Shown in pieces: positions 45,206 through 54,999 of a stretch of DNA of 64,000 bases; positions within the stretch are counted from its first letter, which is position 1; every line of letters starts with the position of its first letter. The position numbers were made by a program, and so were the translations under genes. Under the pieces are notes generated by a model, which was not told the origin of the DNA, did no database searches, and was given only the letters and a program-made list of their open reading frames with translations. The DNA is from Corallococcus sp. EGB (GTDB taxonomy: Bacteria; Myxococcota; Myxococcia; Myxococcales; Myxococcaceae), in assembly GCF_019968905.1 (NCBI RefSeq), contig NZ_CP079946.1, positions 5,729,356 through 5,793,355 on the forward strand, read 5' to 3'.

Positions 45206-47050
45206 TCAGACGCCGCCGAACGCCGCGTCGGTGATGTCCATGGGCGAGGTGTCCTCGGTGGCGATGAGGCGCGCGGCGTACTCCACGTTGGGCAGCACGT
45301 TGCGGGCGTACCACAGGGCGCTGAACTTCTTGCCCTCGTAGAACGCCTTGTCCGGGTGGTCCGCGGCCACGTTGGCGGCGGCCTTCTCCGCGATGACGGC
45401 CGCGTCCAGCAGCAGCCAGCCCACGGCGACCTCGGACATCATGTTGAGGAAGCGGTTGGCGGACAGGGGGATGAGCGGGAAGCGGGCCTGGTCCTGCGAC
45501 CAGCCGAACAGCGCCATCGCGCTGGACATCAGGCCTTCCTGCGCGCCGGCCAGCGTCTTCACGGCCTCGCCCAGCACCGGGTGGTCGCGGTGCGCCTCCA
45601 CGAAGCTGCCCACGTCGCCCATGAACTGCTGGAAGTGCGCGCCGCCCGCCTGGCCCATCTTGCGGCCCACCAGGTCCATGGCCTGGATGTGGTTGGTGCC
45701 CTCGTAGATGGAGAAGATCTTCGAGTCGCGCGTGTACTGCTCCACCGGGTAGTCCTGGATGTAGCCGGCGCCGCCGTACACCTGGATGGCCTGCGCGCAG
45801 AGGCGGAAGGCCTGATCCGAGCCGTAGGCCTTCACCAGCGGCGTCAGCACCTCCACCTGGCCCTTGTGATAGCTGGCAGCGTCGTCATCCTTGCCCGTCA
45901 GCTGCCTCGCCTTGTCCAGGTGCATGGCCAGCTTGATGATCAACGCGCGGATGCCCTCCACGTGCGCCTTGATGTCCAGCAGCATGCGGCGCACGTCCGG
46001 GTGCTCGATGATGGCGGCGCGGGGCGCGGTGGGGTCCTTCCACTTGGTGAAGTGCGAGCCCTGCTTGCGGTCCTTCGCGTAGTCGAGCGCGTTGTAGTAC
46101 GCGGCCGACGCCAGGCTCACGCCCTGGATGCCCACGGCGATGCGCGCGCCGTTCATCATCTTGAACATCTGGCTCATGCCCACGTGCTCGACGGTGCCCA
46201 CGAGCTCGCCCAGACAGGCGTCGTTCTCACCGAAGTTGAGGACACAGGTCGCGGAGCCGTTGATGCCCATCTTGTGCTCGATGGACGCCACGGTGACGTC
46301 GTTGGACTGGCCCGCGGAGCCGTCCGCGTTGATGCGCAGCTTGGGGACGATGAACAGCGACAGGCCCTTGGTGCCGGCCGGCGCGCCTTCAATGCGCGCG
46401 AGCACCAGGTGGATGATGTTCCCGGCCATGTCGTGGTCGCCGCCGGAGATGAAGATCTTCGTGCCCTTGATGCTGTAGGTGCCGTCCGCGTTGCGCTTCG
46501 CGGTGGACTTGGCCGCACCCACGTCGGAGCCGGCGTGCGGCTCCGTGAGGCACATGGTGCCGCCCCAGGTGCCGTTGAGCATGCGCTCCACGAACTGCTT
46601 CTGCTGCGCGGGCGTGCCGCACTCGGCGATGACCTCCGCCGCGCCGAACGCCAGGCCCGGGTACATGTTGAAGGCCGTGTTGGCGCCGGAGAGGATCTCC
46701 TCCACCGTCACCTGGAGCATCATCGGCGCGCCCTGGCCGCCGTGGTCGGGGCTCACCGCCACCGTCTTGAAGCCCTGCTCGTAGAGCTTGCCCCACGCGT
46801 CCTTGAAGCCCTTGGGCGTGAAGACGGAGCCGTTCTCCACCCGGCAGCCCTCGCGGTCACCCACCGAGTTGAGGGGCCCCAGCACCTCGCGCGCGAAGCG
46901 GTACGTCTCCGTGAGGACCGCCTTCGCTTCGTCCGGCCCCCAGGCGTCATACGGCGCCTGGCCCGCCACCTGGCCGAAGCCGAACTGCTCGAACAGCGTG
47001 AAGAAGATTTCCCTGAGGTCGGTCTTGTAGGTGTTGATGCCGGCGGACAT
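45206..47050 (-). CDS. Long-type acyl-CoA dehydrogenase (FadE-like). Start at MSAGINTYKTDL
   Basis: ACAD N, middle and C domains (...GSDVGAAKSTA..., ...YGGAGY...); C-terminal extension of about 150 aa. Confidence 0.85.
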   Translation of the reverse strand: MSAGINTYKTDLREIFFTLFEQFGFGQVAGQAPYDAWGPDEAKAVLTETYRFAREVLGPLNSVGDREGCRVENGSVFTPKGFKDAWGKLYEQGFKTVAVSPDHGGQGAPMMLQVTVEEILSGANTAFNMYPGLAFGAAEVIAECGTPAQQKQFVERMLNGTWGGTMCLTEPHAGSDVGAAKSTAKRNADGTYSIKGTKIFISGGDHDMAGNIIHLVLARIEGAPAGTKGLSLFIVPKLRINADGSAGQSNDVTVASIEHKMGINGSATCVLNFGENDACLGELVGTVEHVGMSQMFKMMNGARIAVGIQGVSLASAAYYNALDYAKDRKQGSHFTKWKDPTAPRAAIIEHPDVRRMLLDIKAHVEGIRALIIKLAMHLDKARQLTGKDDDAASYHKGQVEVLTPLVKAYGSDQAFRLCAQAIQVYGGAGYIQDYPVEQYTRDSKIFSIYEGTNHIQAMDLVGRKMGQAGGAHFQQFMGDVGSFVEAHRDHPVLGEAVKTLAGAQEGLMSSAMALFGWSQDQARFPLIPLSANRFLNMMSEVAVGWLLLDAAVIAEKAAANVAADHPDKAFYEGKKFSALWYARNVLPNVEYAARLIATEDTSPMDITDAAFGGV

Positions 47051-47238
47051 GGCCACTCCTGCGTAGGGGCTCGCTGCCTGCCTGCTTCCCGCAGGGCGGG
47101 AAAAAGTAAGGGTCAGCGGCCCATGTGACGCGAGAAGTGTGGCGTCGACTGATTTTTGAGTCAACCCAAGATGACACCCCGCGTTGACGAACGGTCGGAA
47201 GCGACCGGCGCGGACGCGGGGAAGCCCCCGGGGAATGC

Positions 47239-47946
47239 CTACTTCTTGGCCTTCTTGGCGGTGGGAAGTGACGCCGTCTTGGCAGCCGGCTTCTCCCGGG
47301 GGGCCGTCTTCTTGGACGAGGCGCCGGAGCGGGGCTCGTCCGCATCCTCGTCGTCCTCGTCATCCTCCTCGTCGCGGTCCCGCTCAGGGGCGGGCGCCGG
47401 GGCCGGGGAGGCGGACTCCGGAGCGGAGGCCGCGGGGGCGGGGACGACCAGGCTCTCGCGCGGCACCTCCACCACGATGGGGGACTGGCCGGAGCGCTGC
47501 CGGTTCTCGTCCTCCAGGGAGTAGAAGAGCTGGATCTGCGAGCCGCCCTTCATGACGAGCTCGCCCTTCTGGTTCTCCGCCCAGAGGTCGATCTCCACGA
47601 AGTACCGGCCGCCGGAGCCGTGGCGGTCGCTCACGCGGCCCTTGCAGACCACGGTGTCGCCCGGCCAGACCATCTTGATGAAGCGGACGTTGTAGCGCCG
47701 CAGCTGGCCGCCGCGGGCCCAGTCGCTGATGAGCTGGCCGAGCATGCCCATGACGAGCATGCCGGGGGCGTACACGGACGGCATGCCCACGCTCTTGGCG
47801 TAGATTTCGTCCACGTGCACCGGGTTGTAGTCACCGGAGGCGCCCGCGTAGCGGGACAGCTGGACGCGGTCCACCGGGGCCTTGGCCAGGGCCGGCAGCT
47901 CGTCACCGACGCGGATGGCTTCGAAGTAGAGCTTGCGCGCGGGCAT
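47239..47946 (-). CDS. MaoC-like (R)-hydratase hotdog-fold protein with a C-terminal acidic/Lys-rich tail
   Basis: MaoC dehydratase motif YAGASGDYNPVHVDEIYA; tail DEEDDEDDEDADE...KKAKK. Confidence 0.75.
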   Translation of the reverse strand: MPARKLYFEAIRVGDELPALAKAPVDRVQLSRYAGASGDYNPVHVDEIYAKSVGMPSVYAPGMLVMGMLGQLISDWARGGQLRRYNVRFIKMVWPGDTVVCKGRVSDRHGSGGRYFVEIDLWAENQKGELVMKGGSQIQLFYSLEDENRQRSGQSPIVVEVPRESLVVPAPAASAPESASPAPAPAPERDRDEEDDEDDEDADEPRSGASSKKTAPREKPAAKTASLPTAKKAKK

Positions 47947-48395
47947 CAGGCGTTCTCCTTGGAGGCACGCACCACCAGGGTGCGGCGGGCGCGGAAGACG
48001 AGGTTGCCCTCCTCATCACGGCCCTCGTCCTCGATGACCGCGATGTCCATCTTGCCGGACATGCCCGGACGCTCGAAGACGTCCGACACGCGCGTGGACA
48101 CGTAGATGCGGTCCCCCGCGAAGATGGGCCGCTCGTAGTCGAAGCCCTGTTCCGCGTGCAGCAGGCTCTTGATGCCCACCCCCAAGAGCTCCCGCAGGTC
48201 CGCGGCGGAATGGAACGACGCGGGGAACGTGGGAGGCGCGACGATGGTGGGGTAGCCCGAGGCGCGGGCGTACTCCTCGTCGTAGTAGATGGGATTGTAG
48301 TCGCCGATTGCCTCGGCGAAGCGCCGGATGGCGCCCTTCTCCACCTCGTTGAGCGTCGGCGGCGAGGCGCGGCCAATCGCGTTCTTGTCCAGCAT
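47946..48395 (-). CDS. MaoC-like hotdog-fold protein (N-terminal-type partner subunit of a two-subunit hydratase)
   Basis: FAEAIGDYNPIYYDEEYA motif; start overlaps the downstream gene by ATGA. Confidence 0.75.
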   Translation of the reverse strand: MLDKNAIGRASPPTLNEVEKGAIRRFAEAIGDYNPIYYDEEYARASGYPTIVAPPTFPASFHSAADLRELLGVGIKSLLHAEQGFDYERPIFAGDRIYVSTRVSDVFERPGMSGKMDIAVIEDEGRDEEGNLVFRARRTLVVRASKENA

Positions 48396-48415
48396 TTCCC
48401 TCTCCTGATGAACCT

Positions 48416-49417
48416 TCAGCGACCGGACGGAAGCTCGAGCACCGTCAGGAGCCCGGCCTCCGCTGCGGTCAAACGTGGCGCGGCATTCACCAGCGCATTC
48501 GCGGTGGCCCGGTCACCCGCCACTCCCCCCGGTATCTCCAGCACCAGCCTGGGATCCGCGTCGATCTCGATGCGATCCCGTGGGTTGTCCGCCCCAACCG
48601 CGATGGTGAGCTCCAGGCGGACCCGCTCCTGCCCCTCCTCCAAACCCACCACGGACTGGAACATGCCCGCGACGCGGCCTTTCTTCACGACAAATGCGCC
48701 GCCGGTGATGTCCTCCTCGGCGAAGACGGGCGTGACCTCCTCCTCGAAGTCGTCGCAGTCCAGCCCCAGCCCCAGCGCCGCCAGCGCCGCGGACTCCACC
48801 AGCCCCACGTGGCCCAGCTCCTCGCGGTCCACCAGGTCGAAGAACTCCTCCTCCGTCAGGCCCGCGCCCACCTTGCGCTGCAGGGCCTCACGGCGCGTGC
48901 GGGCGTCCACCACCCGGCTGGCCGTCACCTTGCGAACGGGGCCGCACACCTGCCCGGCGACGGCCACCAGCCGGTCCAGCACGAAGCCCGGGTTCACGCC
49001 CGTCCCCACGATGGCGACGCCCGCCTTCTGGGCGGCGCGCTCCAGCTTGTCCGCCAGCTCGGGGTACTTGAGGTGCGCGAACGCCAGCTCCTCGCAGGTG
49101 CTGGCCACCGGCAGGCCCAGCTTCAGCGCCTCCAGCAGCTGATCCATCACCTGGGCCAGCCGCGAGCCGGTGGCGTGCAACACCACCACGCCCTTGCGGC
49201 GCCCCACGGCGCGCTCCAGCGAGTCCGACACCTTGAAGCGCGGTCCGCCCTGCCCGAGCACGTCGCTCAGGGGACGACCCACCAGGGTGGGCTGCGGATC
49301 CACCGCGCCAATCAACTCCACTTCGGGGGACGAGAGGGCCGCCCTGGCGATTTCCTGCCCGATGAACCCCAGCCCCATCACCACCACCGGCACCGGCCCT
49401 TCAGGGGCTCTAGCCAT
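48416..49417 (-). CDS. DapB-like NAD(P)-dependent dehydrogenase (dihydrodipicolinate reductase N-terminal fold; 2,4-diaminopentanoate-dehydrogenase-like family)
   Basis: Rossmann motif VVVMGLGFIGQEI; DapB-like length and pattern. Confidence 0.65.
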   Translation of the reverse strand: MARAPEGPVPVVVMGLGFIGQEIARAALSSPEVELIGAVDPQPTLVGRPLSDVLGQGGPRFKVSDSLERAVGRRKGVVVLHATGSRLAQVMDQLLEALKLGLPVASTCEELAFAHLKYPELADKLERAAQKAGVAIVGTGVNPGFVLDRLVAVAGQVCGPVRKVTASRVVDARTRREALQRKVGAGLTEEEFFDLVDREELGHVGLVESAALAALGLGLDCDDFEEEVTPVFAEEDITGGAFVVKKGRVAGMFQSVVGLEEGQERVRLELTIAVGADNPRDRIEIDADPRLVLEIPGGVAGDRATANALVNAAPRLTAAEAGLLTVLELPSGR

Positions 49418-49664
49418 CGGAGATTGCTCCCGAATTCCAAGGGGTTACAGCCATTTACGTCGGGTAGGCAGCCACCATAGAACACGGCTCGTCGGGCAGG
49501 CAAGCAGGACGTGGAGTCCAGCGACCTCGGGTTTGAGTGAAACTTCAAGAATTCCAGTGGTTTAGCGGCACTGGAAAGCTTGGGGGGGCCTGTCTGGCCG
49601 CTCATGGACCGGCTATAAGACTCTGAGAAAAGACGCAGCCCACTCGCTCGGAGCGTATCTGCCC

Positions 49665-50786
49665 ATGGCCCGGATCCTCGTGGTGGACGACGACGTGCTC
49701 ATCCTCGCGGCGCTGTCCCGCATCCTCGTGGCGGAGGGGTACGAGGTCGTGACCCACAACGACCCGGTGGTGGCGGCGCGGGAGCAGGGCTTCGACGTGG
49801 TGCTGACGGACTTCATGATGCCGTACCTCAACGGCATCGAGCTGTTATCGGCGCTCCGGGAGAAGAACCCGCGCGCGGTGCGGCTGATGTTGACGGCGGC
49901 GGCGGACTTCAAGACGGCGTCGGAGGCGGTGAACCGGGGCGAGGTGTTCCGGCTCCTGGGCAAGCCGTGGGCGCTGAGCGAGCTGACCAGCAGCGTGCGC
50001 CAGGCCGTCGAGCACCACCGGCTGGTGGCGGCCAACGAGCGGCTGACTCGCGAGGTCGCGGAGAAGAACGCGGAGCTCGTGGCCGTCAACCGGGACCTGG
50101 AGCACCGGATCATCGAGCGTACGACGGGGCTGCTGGACGGGCTGATCAGCGCGCTGGACTACCGCGACACGGAGACGCAGTGGCACTCGCGGCGCGTGTC
50201 GCTGTACGCGCGGCGGCTGGCGCAGGAGATCGGCCTCACCGGCGCGGCGCTGGACACGGTGGAACAGGGCGCGCTGTTGCACGACATCGGGAAGATTGGC
50301 GTGCGGGACTCCATCCTGCTCAAGCCCGGGCCGCTCACGCCGGACGAGTGGGTGGAGATGAAGCAGCATCCAGAGTTCGGCTACCGGATGCTCGCGAAGA
50401 TGCCCTACCTGCATGAGGCGGCGCTCATCGTGCTGCAGCACCAGGAGCGCTGGGACGGCAAGGGCTACCCGCTGGGGCTCACGGGCGAGGAGATCGTCAT
50501 CGGGGCGCGCATCTTCTGCCTGGTGGACACGCTGGACGCCATCACGTCGGACCGGCCCTATCGCAAGGGGCGGCCCATGAGCGTGGCGCGCGACGAGGTC
50601 CGCCGCTGCGCGGGCACGCAGTTCGACCCGCTGCTCGCGGAGGCGTTCCTGGGCCTGCCGGAGACGGAGTGGGCCCGGATCCGCCGCGAGGTGGAGCTGA
50701 TGGAGGCGGCGGAGAGCCACCGCTGGACGGGCGCGAAGCTCGACGCGAACGGCCAGCCCGTGCCCGCGTGCGCCGCCGGGGCCTGA
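49665..50786 (+). CDS. Response regulator with an HD-GYP domain (c-di-GMP phosphodiesterase, RpfG-like)
   Basis: Receiver ILVVDDDVLI...DVVLTDFMMPYLNG...LGKP; HD-GYP motifs HSRRVSLYARR...LLHDIGKIGV...GKGYPLGL. Confidence 0.85.
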   Translation: MARILVVDDDVLILAALSRILVAEGYEVVTHNDPVVAAREQGFDVVLTDFMMPYLNGIELLSALREKNPRAVRLMLTAAADFKTASEAVNRGEVFRLLGKPWALSELTSSVRQAVEHHRLVAANERLTREVAEKNAELVAVNRDLEHRIIERTTGLLDGLISALDYRDTETQWHSRRVSLYARRLAQEIGLTGAALDTVEQGALLHDIGKIGVRDSILLKPGPLTPDEWVEMKQHPEFGYRMLAKMPYLHEAALIVLQHQERWDGKGYPLGLTGEEIVIGARIFCLVDTLDAITSDRPYRKGRPMSVARDEVRRCAGTQFDPLLAEAFLGLPETEWARIRREVELMEAAESHRWTGAKLDANGQPVPACAAGA

Positions 50787-50802
50787 CGCGCGGGGGCCCG
50801 CC

Positions 50803-52935
50803 TCAGGGGGCGCGGATGCCGACGAGCACGTCGTCGATGATCGTGCCCTCCTGGAGCGCGTCCACCACGTCCATGCCTTGAACGACCTGACCGAAGGCCG
50901 TGTAGCGGCCGTCCAGGTGCGGCTGTGGTGAGTGCGTGAAGAAGAACTGGCTGCCGCCGGTGTCCTTGCCCGACAGCGCCATTCCCAGCGTGCCCCGTAC
51001 ATACGGCCGGCGCGTCACCTCACAGCGGATGGAGTAGCCGGGACCGCCCTCCCCGTCTCCGCGCGGGTCCCCGCCCTGCGCGACGAAGTCCGGCACCACG
51101 CGGTGGAAGCTGATGCCCCGGAAGTAGCCCTGCTGCGCGAGCGCCATCAGGTTGCCGCCCGTGAGCGGCGCGTCCGGATCCAACAGGACGGTGATGTCTC
51201 CCTTGCGCGTGCGCAGCGTGAGCGTCGTGCCCGGAGGCGCGGCCGGCGGCCGGTACGTGCCCTGGGGCAGCTCCACGCGGGCGGAGCGGACCGGCTCTCC
51301 GGTGAGCACCGTGAGGGACTCGGCCGCGATGCGGCGCACGTTGGCGTGCGGATGCGTGAGCCATTGGCGCAGGCGCGGTTCCGCCGCCTGGCCCTGCAAC
51401 GCGACGAGCGCGCTGGCCACCGCCTCCGCCAGGTCCGGTTCCTTGGGGACGCGGTCGGCCAGGGCCTTCACCGCGGTCAGCGCCTCGGCGTCCTTCAGCT
51501 TGCCGGCGGCGGCCGCGGCCAGCCCCGCCACCACCGCGTCGCCTCCTCCGATGAGCGCGCGCATGGGAGCCAGCGCTTCGGGCACGGGGCGCTCGGAGAG
51601 AGCGTCCACCGCCGCGCCGCGCACGAGAGGGCTCGTGTGGTCCAGATAGGGCACCGCGAAGGCCGCGCCGGGGATGGGTGGAGTGATGCCTGCCTTCGCC
51701 GGGGTGGCGGGCTCACCCTTGAACTGCGCCACCTCGTGCAGCCCCAGCGCGAGCCAGCGGGGCTCGGGGACGCGGCCAAGGCCGCAGTGGTGGACCTGCT
51801 CCAGCGTGCCCCGCTGTCGGTCCATCGCCGCCGCGAACCGGCAGTCCAGCCAGGCGAGGTCCGCGTGGGCCTCCTCGCTGGCCGCGCCAGGGTCTGCCTC
51901 CGCGAGCGCGCTCCGCACGCGCTGCAACAGGGGCCGCCCCCGCGGCGGAAGTCCCTGCTGCGCCACGACGAGCAACGCGTGACCTTGCGCCGCGTTGCCT
52001 TCCGCGACCTTGTTCGCTCGGGGCAGGATGCCTTCCAGTGCGAGCAGCGGCTCGCAGGCCGCTCCGTCCTGGCACTTCGCCGACAGCTTCGCCAACGACC
52101 GCGCCGCCTCGGCCGAGACGCGGGGAGCACCCTTCGCGAGCAGCACGGCCAGGGCCCTTGAATCGGCGGCGCTGGTCGCGCTGCCCACGTCGCCCAGCCC
52201 CTTCGCGCAGAGGGCGGCGACATCGGGCGCCACATCGCTCAGGCAGGCGCGCAGCGCGTCCACGGCGTCCGGACGCTTCACCGACGCCAGCAGATAGGCC
52301 CCGGCGTAGCGCACGCCTTCGCGCCGCTGACCGTTCAGCAGCGCGGTGATGGCCTCCAGGGGGACGGTCGCCAGCGCCGCCGCGCCCGCCTTGCGCCCCG
52401 CCACTCCCAGCGCCTTCGCGGCGGCCTCGGCTCCGGGGTTTTCGGGCGGAGACAGGCGGGCCGTCAGCACCTCCAGCGCTCCGGGCGTGGCCAGCTTGCC
52501 CAGGGACTCCAGCAGCGTGACGCGCACCGGGCCTTCGACCTCCAGTGCCTCCGCGCGCACCAGGGCTTCGGTGAGCGCGGCCTTCGCATCGTCGGGCAGT
52601 GGCTCCCACGACAGCGCGAATTCGCCCGCGTCGAAGGCGGCCTCGTCGCGCACGGCCTTGTCCGGCGCCGTCAGCCCCGCGATGACGGCGTCCAGCGTCG
52701 TCACGTCCTGGATGCGCCCCAGGGCCCGGAGGGCTCGCACGCGCACGACCACGTCCTGCGCGGAGGTGGCGAGCCGCACGAGCTCGCCATCTCCCAGCGA
52801 GCGGCGGTCCTCCCAGTCCTGGATCTGCTTCATCCCCTGGGACGAATCCTCGTCCGGCCGGGGCGGCGGCACCTGATGGACACAGGCGCTCACGAAGAGG
52901 AGTCCGGCGGACACGGCGGCGTGCAGACGGGCCAT
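50803..52935 (-). CDS. Lipoprotein with an N-terminal HEAT/armadillo-like repeat region and a C-terminal cyclophilin-type peptidyl-prolyl isomerase domain. Start at MARLHAAVSAGLLFVSAC
   Basis: Cyclophilin motifs FHRVVPDFVAQGGDP...GTLGMALSGKDTGGSQFFFT...GRYTAFGQVVQGMDVVD; lipobox LFVSAC. Confidence 0.8.
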   Translation of the reverse strand: MARLHAAVSAGLLFVSACVHQVPPPRPDEDSSQGMKQIQDWEDRRSLGDGELVRLATSAQDVVVRVRALRALGRIQDVTTLDAVIAGLTAPDKAVRDEAAFDAGEFALSWEPLPDDAKAALTEALVRAEALEVEGPVRVTLLESLGKLATPGALEVLTARLSPPENPGAEAAAKALGVAGRKAGAAALATVPLEAITALLNGQRREGVRYAGAYLLASVKRPDAVDALRACLSDVAPDVAALCAKGLGDVGSATSAADSRALAVLLAKGAPRVSAEAARSLAKLSAKCQDGAACEPLLALEGILPRANKVAEGNAAQGHALLVVAQQGLPPRGRPLLQRVRSALAEADPGAASEEAHADLAWLDCRFAAAMDRQRGTLEQVHHCGLGRVPEPRWLALGLHEVAQFKGEPATPAKAGITPPIPGAAFAVPYLDHTSPLVRGAAVDALSERPVPEALAPMRALIGGGDAVVAGLAAAAAGKLKDAEALTAVKALADRVPKEPDLAEAVASALVALQGQAAEPRLRQWLTHPHANVRRIAAESLTVLTGEPVRSARVELPQGTYRPPAAPPGTTLTLRTRKGDITVLLDPDAPLTGGNLMALAQQGYFRGISFHRVVPDFVAQGGDPRGDGEGGPGYSIRCEVTRRPYVRGTLGMALSGKDTGGSQFFFTHSPQPHLDGRYTAFGQVVQGMDVVDALQEGTIIDDVLVGIRAP

Positions 52936-53328
52936 GTCCGGAGGGGCTAGGTCAATTCCCCGCGAAAATCCAGGGGTTATGCCATTGAACAGGTTTGACA
53001 GGCGCGCGCCGGGGCCGGGAGAATACCGGGCCGATTCCCCCCTCCCGGAGCACCGGCCCTGAACTGCCCAGGCTGCAATCGCAAGGTCGCGGACGACACC
53101 GCCATCTGCCCACACTGCGACCACATCATCGACGAGTCCTTCCTTGGGGGATCCGGGGACGAGGGAGACTCCGGCGGCGATGACGAGAGCACCGGCATCC
53201 GTCCTCCGCCGCGCTCGCGGCCAGCCCCGGCCCGCTCCGCTCCGGAGCCTCGCGCACGCCCCGCCCCGGCGCGCGCCAGGACGGGCGCCCGCCCCGCCGC
53301 GCCGCCGCCGAGCGACGACGCCACCAAC

Positions 53329-54006
53329 GTGCGCAGCATGGATGACATCGCCCGGGAGAAGGCCCAGCAGCGCGCCGCGCCTGCTCCCGCCCGCGCCGCC
53401 AAGTCCGCCCCCGCGCGTGCCCCCGCCCGCCGCGCCCCGGCCCCCGCCCCCGTCGAGGAAGCGGAGGAGGACGACGTGGGAGCTGCGGCGGCGGACCCCT
53501 GGTCCCGCGAGGCGCGCGAGATTGAATCGACGCGCTCCCCCATCGATGATCCGGAGGTCCTGCTGGACGACGCGCGCTCGTTCCTGCGCGAGCTGGAGGG
53601 CGGCGACCGCATCGCGTTCTGGGGCGCGGCGCTGGTGGTGCTCTCCTGCTTCATGCCGTGGAAGGAGACGGCGGCGGACGGTGACTTCCTGGGCCTCATC
53701 AGCCTGGGGTTCATCTCCTTCCTCTTCGCCGTCGCGACCATGGTCTTCGTGGGCCTGCGCGCGCGGCAGGTGATGACCTGGGTGAACCCCATGCTGCCGT
53801 GGGGTGCGCAGATGTTCTGCAGCGTGGTGACGCTCGTCTGGGCGCTGGTGTTCCTGAAGCTCTCCTCGGACACCACGCTGGTGCCGTCGCCGCTCGGCAA
53901 CTCGGAGATGATGAACTCGTCGCCGAGCATCGGCTGTTTCCTGGGCATCCTCGGCGGCGTCATCGCGGTGCTGGGTGGCCTGATGGGCCTGAAGCGCCAG
54001 GAGTAG
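53329..54006 (+). CDS. Membrane protein (four TM helices) with a Pro/Ala-rich N-terminus. An in-frame zinc-ribbon-encoding stretch lies upstream (from about 53059) without a canonical start codon
   Basis: TM helices FWGAALVVLSCFMPW, LISLGFISFLFAVATMVFVGL, and others; upstream in frame: NCPGCNRKVADDTAICPHCDHII. Confidence 0.6.
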   Translation: MRSMDDIAREKAQQRAAPAPARAAKSAPARAPARRAPAPAPVEEAEEDDVGAAAADPWSREAREIESTRSPIDDPEVLLDDARSFLRELEGGDRIAFWGAALVVLSCFMPWKETAADGDFLGLISLGFISFLFAVATMVFVGLRARQVMTWVNPMLPWGAQMFCSVVTLVWALVFLKLSSDTTLVPSPLGNSEMMNSSPSIGCFLGILGGVIAVLGGLMGLKRQE

Positions 54007-54051
54007 GGCTGGAGGATTTCGCTGCCGCGCCGGACGGGAGGCGGGCTACCT

Positions 54052-54999
54052 TTGCCCGCCACCATGTCCGACGCCACGCCCCTCTCCCGCCTCCTCGACG
54101 CGCTGGGCTCGGCTGTCGTGGGCCAGCCCCGCGTGCTGACCGACCTGGTGACGGCCTTCCTCGCGCGCGGCCACGTGCTGCTGGAGGGCGTGCCCGGGGT
54201 CGCCAAGACGCTCACCGCGCGCAGCATGGCGGGGGCGTTGGGCCTGTCCTTCTCGCGCGTGCAGTTCACGCCGGACCTGATGCCCGCGGACATCCTGGGC
54301 ACCAACGTCTTCCAGCCGCAGTCGCAGTCCTTCCGCCTGATCAAGGGCCCTGTCTTCACGGAGGTCCTGGTCGCGGATGAGATCAACCGCACCCCGCCCA
54401 AGACGCAGGCGGCGCTCCTGGAGGCCATGGAGGAGCGGCAGGTGACCATCGACGGCACCACCCACCCGCTGCCGTCGCACTTCTTCGTCGTCGCCACGCA
54501 GAACCCGCTGGAGCTGGAGGGCACCTATCCCCTCCCCGAGGCGCAGCTCGACCGGTTCCTCATGCGCGTGCGCGTGGGCTATCCGGACGGCGACGCCGAG
54601 ACCGCGCTCCTGCGGGGCTTCCACCAGCGCGAGGGCCGGGCCCCCGAAGTGTCTCGCGTGCTGGACGCGGCCACGCTGACGGACCTGCAGGACCGCGCGG
54701 CCCGCGTCGCGTGTGACGACTCCATCCTCCAGTACGTGGTGCAACTGGTGCGCGACACCCGCGCCCACCCCCGTGTGCGGCTCGGTGCCAGTCCCCGCGC
54801 CGCGCAGGCCCTGCTCGCGGCGTCCAAGGCGCACGCGGCGCTCCGGGGCACCGACTTCGTCACCCCGGACGACGTGAAGGCCGTGACGCCGGGCGTCCTC
54901 AACCACCGCCTCCTCCTCAAGGCCGAGGCGGAGGTGGAGGGCGTCACCGCGGACGACGTGCTGAAGCAGATGCTCGAACGGGTGCGAGTGCCCCGGTGA
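54052..54999 (+). CDS. MoxR-family AAA+ ATPase
   Basis: Walker [11 protein letters not shown], Walker [10 protein letters not shown], sensor motifs; start may be MSDATPL (54064). Confidence 0.85.
   Translation: MPATMSDATPLSRLLDALGSAVVGQPRVLTDLVTAFLARGHVLLEGVPGVAKTLTARSMAGALGLSFSRVQFTPDLMPADILGTNVFQPQSQSFRLIKGPVFTEVLVADEINRTPPKTQAALLEAMEERQVTIDGTTHPLPSHFFVVATQNPLELEGTYPLPEAQLDRFLMRVRVGYPDGDAETALLRGFHQREGRAPEVSRVLDAATLTDLQDRAARVACDDSILQYVVQLVRDTRAHPRVRLGASPRAAQALLAASKAHAALRGTDFVTPDDVKAVTPGVLNHRLLLKAEAEVEGVTADDVLKQMLERVRVPR

Noticed and set aside
45182-47128. 648-aa plus-strand ORF antisense to fadE; also 50932..52161+ and 52977..54524-
   Set aside because: Opposite-strand artefacts of well-supported genes (fadE, the HEAT-cyclophilin lipoprotein, the membrane protein and moxR).
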